From: an uncultured Gammaproteobacteria bacterium | GTDB taxonomy: Bacteria > Patescibacteriota > Patescibacteriia > Patescibacteriales > UBA12465 | Direction of reading: 5' to 3' | Length of the DNA: 48,331 nucleotides | Assembly: GCA_964539015.1 (NCBI GenBank) | Contig: CAZIHD010000002.1 | Location: 1 to 48,331 of the forward strand | Part shown: positions 28,148 to 35,487 of the stretch, in pieces | Position numbering within the stretch: position 1 is the first letter of the stretch | Layout: each line of letters opens with the position of its first letter | Program-made: the position numbers and the translations under genes | Notes under the pieces: generated by a model | What the model saw: the letters and a program-made list of their open reading frames with translations, nothing else | Databases searched by the model: none | What the model was told of the DNA's origin: nothing

Positions 28148-28220
28148 CAATAAAAGACTCCGAAAGGAGTCTTTTCTGTTAGTGCCAAGAGAGCGAGCCA
28201 CTAATGTGGCTCGCGTAGGG
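28131..28220 (+). repeat. Direct repeat copy A (tRNA-Leu 3' end + terminator + second hairpin)
   Basis: This 90-nt copy matches 28323-28413 apart from 2 substitutions and 1 extra T. Confidence 0.9.
28152..28175 (+). terminator. tRNA-Leu terminator hairpin (GAAA tetraloop)
   Basis: aaaagactcc-gaaa-ggagtctttt. An identical copy lies at 28344-28367. Confidence 0.7.
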
Positions 28221-28322
28221 AATCGAAAGCCGGAGCGATGTGCCGAAGGCACCGCGAGGCCGGGTCGGGGCGCTTGCTTTTCACTGAGTGAAACGAGAGT
28301 GAAAAGCTTAGCGACCGTGACC

Positions 28323-28413
28323 GATTCCCTCTCGCGGCACAATAAAAGACTCCGAAAGGAGTCTTTTTCTGTTAGTGCCAAGAGAGCGAGTCACTAATGT
28401 GGCTCGCTTAGGG
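28323..28413 (+). repeat. Direct repeat copy B (orphan tRNA-Leu 3' end)
   Basis: This 91-nt copy starts at gattccctctcgcggca. Weaker homology to the tRNA variable arm (gcgac-cgtga) lies just upstream. Confidence 0.9.
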
Positions 28414-28653
28414 TTTACCTATTTCTATGATTTCCATAGTTTGTATCTATTTAATTTATCAAGTATACAAAGTATACGAGTTTGTATATATCAAACCAAG
28501 AAACGTATACAAACTTTCGATTCAGAAAACAAAATTTAATTTTTTAAACATGATTTAATGTTAGCAAATTTACCACTTTTTCAGCTACAATAACATCACA
28601 ATTTTTTGTTTCGCTGGTAATACAAGAGGAAGTAATGAAATAAAGATTCAAAT

Positions 28654-29913
28654 TTATAACAATGATACCTGCTCTTTAAAAAAATTTGGCTCAACTAGCG
28701 TAGCCTTCTCCATTGTCTTGGGATCAAATTTTTTATTTAACATCCCAATAATACAACGACCAATGTGATACGCGAGATTTGTAGGAACGGCATTTCCAAT
28801 TTGTTTATATTGTGAACAAGTTGAACCGGAAAAATTCCAATCGTCCGGAAAAGTTTGTATTCTGGCGTATTCTCTAACCTTAAGAGGTCTGGTCTCTTCT
28901 GGGTGGCATCTTTCGGTTTGTTTCTGCGCCGGAGCACAAGTTAAGGTTAAACTAGGCTCATCCCATGACAACCTTCTTGCCATTCCGGTTTTTCCACCAC
29001 CCATATAAAAACTAGACATCATATATTCTTTTTGTAATTCTAACGGAAGGTCTCTCCAATAACCACCTGGCGGAACTAATTTTAAAATCTCTTTCTTTCT
29101 CTTAGGATATTCTTGACCAATCGAATCGGGACAATTTTCTAAAGCCTCACGTATTGAAATTGTATAATCTTTTTCTTTCGGGAAAAAGATCGGCAAATTC
29201 AAATCCTTTCTAACCGCTAAGATAATTAATCTCTCTCTTTTCTGCGGAACATCAAAATACTGAGCCCTAAGAACTTTAAAGGCAACATTATAGCCTAACT
29301 CAATTAAAACATTAAGAATTACTTTAAGAGTTTTGCCATTATCATGTTTTAAAAGCCCTCTTACATTTTCGCCCATTACTACTTTTGGCCTTACTTCCTT
29401 TACACAACGAGCCAATTCAAAAAACATTGTTCCTCTTACGTCTTCAAAGCCTAATTTTTTACCGGCAAAACTAAAAGTTTGGCACGGAAACCCTCCCTCA
29501 ACAACATCCGCTTTTATTCCTTTAAAATTTATCTCCCTGATATCTCCTTGAATAACATTCCATTTTGGTCGATTAGTTTTTAGAGTTTCAACAGCGTTTT
29601 TATCCCAATCCGTTAAAAGCGTATGTTTCAATCCGGCATTATCAAAGCCGATTGCGGTTCCACCCGCTCCAGCAAATAACTCAATTACTTTATAATTTGT
29701 TTTTTTAGCATTCTTCAATATTTTATAATTATTACCAACATGTTTGCCAGAAATTTTATTTTGGACTCTTATTAACTCATTCATATCGAAAAGACGATAG
29801 TTTAATTCCGATCGCTTGGCTTTAATCAAACCCTTCTTTTCCCATCTTCTTATTGTATCCGGCGACAAAGTTAATGTTTCTGCCGCTTCAAGAACCGTTG
29901 AATATGTATTCAT
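28654..29913 (-). CDS. DNA (cytosine-5)-methyltransferase with N-terminal MerR-like HTH
   Basis: m5C motifs are present: ELFAGAGG (I), GFPCQTFS (IV), ENV (VI), QKRERL (VIII) and GNAVP (X). The N-terminal HTH reads LSPDTIRRWEKKGLIKAKRSELNYRLF. Confidence 0.9.
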   Translation of the reverse strand: MNTYSTVLEAAETLTLSPDTIRRWEKKGLIKAKRSELNYRLFDMNELIRVQNKISGKHVGNNYKILKNAKKTNYKVIELFAGAGGTAIGFDNAGLKHTLLTDWDKNAVETLKTNRPKWNVIQGDIREINFKGIKADVVEGGFPCQTFSFAGKKLGFEDVRGTMFFELARCVKEVRPKVVMGENVRGLLKHDNGKTLKVILNVLIELGYNVAFKVLRAQYFDVPQKRERLIILAVRKDLNLPIFFPKEKDYTISIREALENCPDSIGQEYPKRKKEILKLVPPGGYWRDLPLELQKEYMMSSFYMGGGKTGMARRLSWDEPSLTLTCAPAQKQTERCHPEETRPLKVREYARIQTFPDDWNFSGSTCSQYKQIGNAVPTNLAYHIGRCIIGMLNKKFDPKTMEKATLVEPNFFKEQVSLL

Positions 29914-29938
29914 ATAAACTAATAAAAATTATGTTTTA

Positions 29939-29947
29939 ATTATAACA
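29939..29947 (-). promoter_or_regulatory. Extended -10 TGTTATAAT for the methyltransferase
   Basis: This is the reverse complement of attataaca, 25 nt upstream of the ATG at 29913. It abuts the palindrome. Confidence 0.5.
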
Positions 29948-29975
29948 ATAACCCTTGCATTATGCAAGGGTTATT
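29947..29975. promoter_or_regulatory. 29-bp perfect palindrome (candidate operator and/or R-gene terminator)
   Basis: aataacccttgcat-t-atgcaagggttatt has 14-bp arms. Confidence 0.6.
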
Positions 29976-30009
29976 AAATTATCTAATTTTATTGGTTTTT
30001 ATCTCTCTA

Positions 30010-30735
30010 CTAATCCTTATAAGCCTTGCTAAAAAGTTCTTTAAAAAATTTATCTTTAATTAAATATTTATGGTTCTTATTCAAAATTATTCCTATTACC
30101 GTTGGTAAAACATTATAAAGCATTCTGAGCGCATTTTTTTCTCCGGTTGCGTAAAAATAAAAACTATTACCATCAATTCTTCTTATTTTTTCAATTCCCT
30201 TTCGTCGTGTCTTAGTTTTATTATCCGACGGCGAAAATATATCATTATATTCTTTCTTATTTTGAGGAATAATTTCAACATAGTAGGCCGTATATCCTTT
30301 ATATTTATTTTTTAACTGCGACTCCAAATCATCATAGATAGCCACCTTATGATTTCCCTTGGTTGTGTTAAATTTATTTTTAACCTCAGCAATTATTTTT
30401 TTATTTTTATTAAGCAAATCAAATACGTGCCCCTTCCCCATATCTTCCCATCCATTGACACAACCCAATATTTTCTGGTGAAATTCGCCAATAGCATTCT
30501 GCATGGTTTTTTGTATCTGTCTTGAACCCTCTTGTTTAATCCATTGATTTAAAGATATATCTTGTATGAGAGCATCGAAAATTGCAGAAAATGGATCAAT
30601 CGCATTTTTATATAAATTCTTGTCACACATATTCACGGCGACCTGTGCTGAGATAATAACTTCCTCAACCTTATTAAACAAATCTTGATTGCTTATGTAC
30701 GGCAATAATTGTTTTGACGGTATTTTGTATGGCAT
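30010..30735 (-). CDS. Type II restriction endonuclease (possibly Eco47II-like)
   Basis: It is adjacent to, and co-oriented with, the m5C MTase. A PD-(D/E)xK-like signature is present: VFDLL...IIAEVKNK. The family name comes from memory only. Confidence 0.55.
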   Translation of the reverse strand: MPYKIPSKQLLPYISNQDLFNKVEEVIISAQVAVNMCDKNLYKNAIDPFSAIFDALIQDISLNQWIKQEGSRQIQKTMQNAIGEFHQKILGCVNGWEDMGKGHVFDLLNKNKKIIAEVKNKFNTTKGNHKVAIYDDLESQLKNKYKGYTAYYVEIIPQNKKEYNDIFSPSDNKTKTRRKGIEKIRRIDGNSFYFYATGEKNALRMLYNVLPTVIGIILNKNHKYLIKDKFFKELFSKAYKD

Positions 30736-30781
30736 GTTGTTTGCGGCTAATTGAATTAGATTTTAACTCTTACAAAAAAAA

Positions 30782-30790
30782 ATTATAGCA
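30782..30790 (-). promoter_or_regulatory. Extended -10 TGCTATAAT (restriction gene)
   Basis: This is the reverse complement of attatagca, 46 nt upstream of the ATG at 30735. Confidence 0.45.
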
Positions 30791-30879
30791 CAAAAAAAGT
30801 ATTCATAAAATCAAAATAAATTCATATAGATAGAAAATATTAATACCCTCATCACCCATTTATTAAATATAGCGTCGGA

Positions 30880-30924
30880 AAAATTAACTATTTAATCCCT
30901 TCAAAAATGTTTGGCAGGGGGCAC
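30880..30924. repeat. Copy B of the 45-bp interspersed repeat
   Basis: See copy A at 3-47. It lies 9 nt beyond the Fic stop codon. Confidence 0.85.
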
Positions 30925-30932
30925 TATAATAA

Positions 30933-32033
30933 TTATTTTCTAATTATTTTACGCAAATCAGAAAACCCGTAAATCTTATTACGTGCGTTATCTGGCGTCA
31001 AATCTTTAATAATATTTAGTTCCACAAATTTTTCGATTACCGAATATAAAGTCTGGTTATTAGAAATACCGGAAATACTCTTAATCGACCGAGCCATAAA
31101 AGTCGATTTTGTAAAAATTGAGTCCAAAAATGAATTAGCATATATCGAGCCGACCTTTGGCATTATTTCTTTAAGAGATTTATAGAGTTTTTCAATTTTT
31201 TCAACCCGATCAAGTGTAATCTTTGTTTGTTCGTAGATAGCGTCCAAAAAGAAGCTTATCCATGGTAACCAGGCTCCTTTTTCACTGACATCTCGCAATA
31301 ATTCATAATAAACGTTTCTGTGTTCTTCTAAATATTCACTGATATATATATTAGGATAAGATGTAACTTTATTTTCATACAAAAATAGTGGAACAAGCAG
31401 CCTGCCCACGCGGCCATTTCCATCCATAAAAGGATGAATAGCCTCAAACTGATAATGAGCCACAGCGATTTGGATAAGAGGATCCAGCACATCCTTAGTA
31501 TTAATATACTTCTCTAAATTAGAAAACAAACCGGGTATATGTTGCGGCTCCGGCGGAATAAACGTCGCTTGCTCAATAGTGGCGCCATAAGACCCGATGT
31601 AGACTTGATTCTTTCGAAATTCACCAGGATTTTTATTTTTACCACGGACAGAACTTAAAAGTATTTTATGTAAGTCTTTGACTACATTTTCGGCAATCGG
31701 CCTCTTTTCTAAAAATTCTTTTCCTTTTCTTATCGCTAAGCGATAATTAAAAATCTCTTGATAATCTTTTTCACTTTCGTTTTCTTCTGTTTTTGTATCT
31801 TTGGCGTCAAAAAGCAAGACCTCATCTAAAGTAGCCTGAGTTCCTTCAATTTTTGAACTTAAAACGGCCTCCTTTGTGGCAAAAGAGCGTTGAATAATAT
31901 CTGGATTTGGCAACCTTTTAACCGCCTCATCATAACGAGCAACAATATCTCTTGCTCTGATTATCTTGGTAAAAACAGAAGAATATTCTAATTTAGGCGG
32001 TAAAAACGGAGGAATAAATGACTTTTTTGGCAT
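30933..32033 (-). CDS. Fic family protein (canonical AMPylase-type motif)
   Basis: It has HPFMDGNGRVGR, an N-terminal Fic_N-like region and the inhibitory motif SSKIEGT. Confidence 0.9.
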   Translation of the reverse strand: MPKKSFIPPFLPPKLEYSSVFTKIIRARDIVARYDEAVKRLPNPDIIQRSFATKEAVLSSKIEGTQATLDEVLLFDAKDTKTEENESEKDYQEIFNYRLAIRKGKEFLEKRPIAENVVKDLHKILLSSVRGKNKNPGEFRKNQVYIGSYGATIEQATFIPPEPQHIPGLFSNLEKYINTKDVLDPLIQIAVAHYQFEAIHPFMDGNGRVGRLLVPLFLYENKVTSYPNIYISEYLEEHRNVYYELLRDVSEKGAWLPWISFFLDAIYEQTKITLDRVEKIEKLYKSLKEIMPKVGSIYANSFLDSIFTKSTFMARSIKSISGISNNQTLYSVIEKFVELNIIKDLTPDNARNKIYGFSDLRKIIRK

Positions 32034-32060
32034 ATATTTAGCTTAATTCTAATTAATAGA

Positions 32061-32069
32061 ATTATAGCA
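32061..32069 (-). promoter_or_regulatory. Extended -10 TGCTATAAT (Fic)
   Basis: This is the reverse complement of attatagca, 27 nt upstream of the ATG at 32033. Confidence 0.5.
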
Positions 32070-32328
32070 AATCTTATTCTAGTTTTCAAGTATTTACTGG
32101 AATAAGGCTTTTGTGTATTCCAAACGCTGGAATAAGGGATGTTATTATTCTACTTTATAAGGTTAATTAGAATAATTTAAGAAGATGTATACAAACTACT
32201 TTTATAATTTAAATTAATATATTATTCTATTCCATGAAGCATTTTTGAATACGAATCTTCAATATTCTGATATTTTAAATTATCAAAAATCAAATATCAC
32301 CAAACAACAAGTCTGATTCCAATACCCT

Positions 32329-32682
32329 CTATTTTACTTTCTGAAATCTGACGGTAAAAAGAGGTTCGTATTCAACCTGATTTTCATCAATTACCTTCAC
32401 TTCCTCTCCTTTTGTTAATTGCGTTAAAGCAATATCGCTCAACATCTGCTTATCGCCGGCGATATTCAGCTTTAAGCCTTCCAACTTGTCAAATTCTTCT
32501 TTTAAATCCGCTTTGACGCCCGTCTCAATCTGTTTCTTCTTTGTTTTTAAAGCTTCTAATTCTTCTAAAACTTCATGGTAATTGCCATTGACGGCCAAGG
32601 CGTCGCGATACATCTTTTTCAGATCGCGCTGAGTTCGCTGCTGTTCCTGCAAGCGCTTAAAAACTTCATTGAGTTGGGACAT
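32329..32682 (-). CDS. Hypothetical coiled-coil protein (117 aa)
   Basis: It is a charged heptad-like sequence with its own TGCTATAAT box. No family was recognised. Confidence 0.5.
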   Translation of the reverse strand: MSQLNEVFKRLQEQQRTQRDLKKMYRDALAVNGNYHEVLEELEALKTKKKQIETGVKADLKEEFDKLEGLKLNIAGDKQMLSDIALTQLTKGEEVKVIDENQVEYEPLFTVRFQKVK

Positions 32683-32714
32683 AAAGAAAAAAATTAAGAA
32701 TAAAGATAATCAAG

Positions 32715-32723
32715 ATTATAGCA
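32715..32723 (-). promoter_or_regulatory. Extended -10 TGCTATAAT
   Basis: This is the reverse complement of attatagca, 32 nt upstream of the ATG at 32682. Confidence 0.5.
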
Positions 32724-32740
32724 CGAACAAAATTAAAAAT

Positions 32741-32766
32741 AAAAAGAGCTTTAAAAGCCCTTTTTT
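32741..32766 (-). terminator. Terminator-like hairpin after mnmA
   Basis: aaagagc-tttaaaa-gcccttt has one mismatch and a flanking T-run. Confidence 0.4.
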
Positions 32767-32785
32767 ATTCAGTAAATTAAAAAAA

Positions 32786-33877
32786 TCAAGCAATGACGCC
32801 GCCGCCTAAAATTCGATTTCCCTGATAAAAAACCGCGCTCTGGCCGGGAGTAACCGCTCGTGTCGGCTGACGCAAGCTTACTTTTAATTCACCGCGGCGC
32901 TTCCCTGCTTCCACTAAACAAGAAACCGCGGGATGGCCGTAACGAATCACGACTTGACAGTGTAAAGGCAGGCGCGGGGCTTTTTTATCCAGCCAATTAA
33001 TTTTTTCCAAGATAAATTCGCGGCGATACAAAACTTGATCGTTCCAGGTTCTAACCACCCAGAGGGTATTGCTCGAATAATCGCTGGCGGCCACATAATA
33101 AGGGCCGGTGCCGCCGATTTCAATGCCCCGGCGCTGGCCGGGGGTATAAAGAGGCAAGCCTTGATGTTCGCCGATAACCAAGCCGTCTTCCCGGCGCTTA
33201 ATCGGCCCTGGTTTTAATTTTAAATATCGCTTTAAAAAATTATTATGCGGTCCGGACAGGAAACAAATATCCTGGCTTTCCGCTTTTGAAGCCGTAGGTA
33301 AGCCGAATTTCGCGGCTAAAGCGCGAACCTGCGGCTTTGTATAATTACCTAAGGGAAAATAGAAATGTTTTAATTCGGCTTGGCTGAAAGTATATAAAAA
33401 ATAAGATTGATCTTTATTCCGGTCTTTGGCGCGATAGACGCGCGCTTCGCCATCCTTGTCTAAACGCTTTAAATAATGGCCGCTGGCCACGCCGTCATAG
33501 CCTAACGCTCGGGCGTGCTTTAAGAGCAAGCCGAGTTTAATCTGCTTATTGCAGACGACGCAGGGATTCGGTGTCCGTCCGGACGCATACTCGGCTAAAA
33601 AATAATCAACAACGGCTTTTTTAAATTCCCGCGCAAAATTTAAAGAAAAAATCGGAATGCCGATCTTCGCCGCCACCGCCTTGGCATCCAAAAAAGATTC
33701 CAAGGAACAACACTTATTTTCCATTTTCTCCGGCGCTCGGTCATCTTTCCAAAAATGTAAAAAGACCCCCGTAACTTCATGCCCCTGGTCTTTCAATAAT
33801 CGTGCCGCTACCGACGAATCAACGCCGCCGGACATGGCCACTAAAATTTTCAATTTTTTCTTTTTAATCTGCCGCAT
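32786..33877 (-). CDS. mnmA: tRNA-specific 2-thiouridylase MnmA
   Basis: It has the PP-loop MSGGVDSSVAA plus the conserved Cys residues and C-terminal barrel region. Confidence 0.93.
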   Translation of the reverse strand: MRQIKKKKLKILVAMSGGVDSSVAARLLKDQGHEVTGVFLHFWKDDRAPEKMENKCCSLESFLDAKAVAAKIGIPIFSLNFAREFKKAVVDYFLAEYASGRTPNPCVVCNKQIKLGLLLKHARALGYDGVASGHYLKRLDKDGEARVYRAKDRNKDQSYFLYTFSQAELKHFYFPLGNYTKPQVRALAAKFGLPTASKAESQDICFLSGPHNNFLKRYLKLKPGPIKRREDGLVIGEHQGLPLYTPGQRRGIEIGGTGPYYVAASDYSSNTLWVVRTWNDQVLYRREFILEKINWLDKKAPRLPLHCQVVIRYGHPAVSCLVEAGKRRGELKVSLRQPTRAVTPGQSAVFYQGNRILGGGVIA

Positions 33878-33895
33878 ATGACCGTAATATAATCA

Positions 33896-34333
33896 TCACA
33901 GGTCGATAATAATCGTGGTCGGACCGTCATTCACCAGACTGATTTTCATGTGTTCACCAAAAGCGCCGACTACAACTTCCAGGCCGAAAGTACGCAAATT
34001 TTCCGCGACCTGATTAAATAAAAGCAAGGCCTGTTCTGGCCGGGCGGAATCAACAAAACTCGGACGATTTCCTCGAGAACAGTCGCCATAAAGGGTAAAT
34101 TGTGAAACGAGAAGAATACTTAATTTTAAATCAAGCAAAGACAAATTCATCTTCCCTTCCGTGTCTTGTAAAATCCGTAAATGAGCAATTTTTTCCGCCA
34201 TCTTTTGCGCCTGAATTTCACTATCGCCGACCTTAACGGCCAGCAATATTAAAAAACCGGCCGGGATGCGGCTGATTTCTCGATCATTAACGCTGACGGC
34301 GGCTTGGCTGACAACCTGGATAATGGCGCGCAT
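33896..34333 (-). CDS. dtd: D-aminoacyl-tRNA deacylase
   Basis: Motifs present: MRAIIQVV, SQFTLYGD and GNRPSF. It is 145 aa. Confidence 0.9.
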   Translation of the reverse strand: MRAIIQVVSQAAVSVNDREISRIPAGFLILLAVKVGDSEIQAQKMAEKIAHLRILQDTEGKMNLSLLDLKLSILLVSQFTLYGDCSRGNRPSFVDSARPEQALLLFNQVAENLRTFGLEVVVGAFGEHMKISLVNDGPTTIIIDL

Positions 34334-34336
34334 ATT

Positions 34337-35479
34337 TTATAAACTCTTAAATAATTCTAAATATTGCTTGGCGGTCTCTTCCCAAGAAAATTTTTGTGCT
34401 TGTTCCTTACCGGCCGCCATCAGGCGCGCCTTTAACTCGGGATTGGTAATAACTAGCTCCAAGGCTTTAGCAATCTCATTAATATCATAGGGATTGATGG
34501 TCAAGGCGGCGGCGCCGACCACTTCCGGCAAAGAAGAAACATTACTGGTAATCACCGGCAAGCGGCGAGCCATCGCTTCCAGAGGCGGCAAACCGAAACC
34601 TTCATAATAAGAAGGATAAACAAAGACTTCTGCTCGCTGGTAAAGCAATTCTTTTTCACGGGCGGAAAGATAGCCGACAAATTTGATATCGCGGCGATAA
34701 GGGGAATCTTCCCAAGCATGATAAATGCTGCGATTTTTCCAGCCGTCCGCTCCGGCCAGAACTAATTGCAAATCAACAAGATTGACATTATCATCTCGAA
34801 AACGATTATAAGCATAAATCAAACCGGTAATATTTTTGCGCGGCTCAATCGTGCCCAGATAAAGAATAAAGCGCTTCTTTAATTCGTGGCGGCGGAAAAA
34901 AAGCCGCTCTTCTTCCGGACCGGGCAAAGGTACGGCCGGCATTAAACCGGAATAAATTGTCTTGACCTTCGCTTCCGGAACATGCAAAAGTTCAATTATG
35001 TCCTGGCGCGTATTTTCCGAAACAGCAATTATAGCCGCGCAATCAGCAGTCAATCTTTTTAAATCTAAGGCCCGATGCCAGAAATTCTTCCGGCGGCTGA
35101 AAAATTCTGGATAATGGAGAAAGGAAATATCATGGATGGTCAGGACATGTTTGGTTTTTGAAGAAAAATGGCTGAAATTTATATGCGGCGACCAAAAAAC
35201 ATCAGCACCGCCGATTAATTGATCAAGCTTCGGCCAGGCTAAGCCTTTCTGTAAAAAATAATTAAAAAAACGATTTGGATAAGCCGTCCGTTTGATATTT
35301 AGATGCGGATGTTCAAAATTACCGATCCGCGCCCGGACATCATGAAAAGAATTATAAAAAAGACGATATTCATCATCCTTGTCTAGGCGCAAGAGCGTGC
35401 GCAATAAGACGGAGGTGTATTCGGAAACACCGCTGTATTGTTTATCCATTAAAACCCGGATATCGACGCCGATCTTCAT
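34337..35479 (-). CDS. Glycosyltransferase family 4
   Basis: It has a GT-B fold with [27 protein letters not shown]. Confidence 0.85.
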   Translation of the reverse strand: MKIGVDIRVLMDKQYSGVSEYTSVLLRTLLRLDKDDEYRLFYNSFHDVRARIGNFEHPHLNIKRTAYPNRFFNYFLQKGLAWPKLDQLIGGADVFWSPHINFSHFSSKTKHVLTIHDISFLHYPEFFSRRKNFWHRALDLKRLTADCAAIIAVSENTRQDIIELLHVPEAKVKTIYSGLMPAVPLPGPEEERLFFRRHELKKRFILYLGTIEPRKNITGLIYAYNRFRDDNVNLVDLQLVLAGADGWKNRSIYHAWEDSPYRRDIKFVGYLSAREKELLYQRAEVFVYPSYYEGFGLPPLEAMARRLPVITSNVSSLPEVVGAAALTINPYDINEIAKALELVITNPELKARLMAAGKEQAQKFSWEETAKQYLELFKSL

Positions 35480-35487
35480 AAAAAAAT

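Larger units (their letters stand above)
28414..32328. mobile_element. Low-GC accessory island 2 (R-M system + Fic) next to tRNA-Leu
   Basis: There is a sharp drop in GC by eye between the att-like repeat and the stop codon of 32329-32682. It holds accessory genes only. No integrase is present. Confidence 0.5.

Noticed and set aside
28248-28340. Second (intron-containing or type II) tRNA, tmRNA or SRP RNA in the insert
   Set aside because: No D arm, 7-nt anticodon loop or T-stem 5' half can be drawn. The two possible closing helices are mutually exclusive. No SRP domain IV or tmRNA tag/Ala-acceptor features are present.
27910-28381. Two minus-strand ORFs both starting MALTEK (92 and 94 aa)
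   Set aside because: They are artefacts of the duplicated tRNA-Leu 3' end and terminator repeat. They run antisense through the tRNA and the hairpins.
28131-28413. Possible CRISPR-like or tandem array
   Set aside because: There are only two copies. The repeat unit is 90 nt, contains a tRNA 3' end and a terminator, and there are no cas genes. An att-site duplication explains it better.
28427-28561. 44-aa plus-strand ORF with repeated Val-Tyr (from the GTATAC repeats)
   Set aside because: No promoter, RBS or terminator was seen. The periodicity is more simply explained by DNA-level repeats.
30880-30924. Integron attC site
   Set aside because: The candidate R''/R' cores (GCCAAAC / GTTAATT on the minus strand) each miss the consensus, are not complementary to each other and are only about 34 nt apart. 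No intI gene is present.
32315-32330. Third copy of the tRNA-Leu att core at the right edge of island 2
   Set aside because: It is only gattcc + ccctct interrupted by aata. That is too short and broken to separate from chance, despite the suggestive position.
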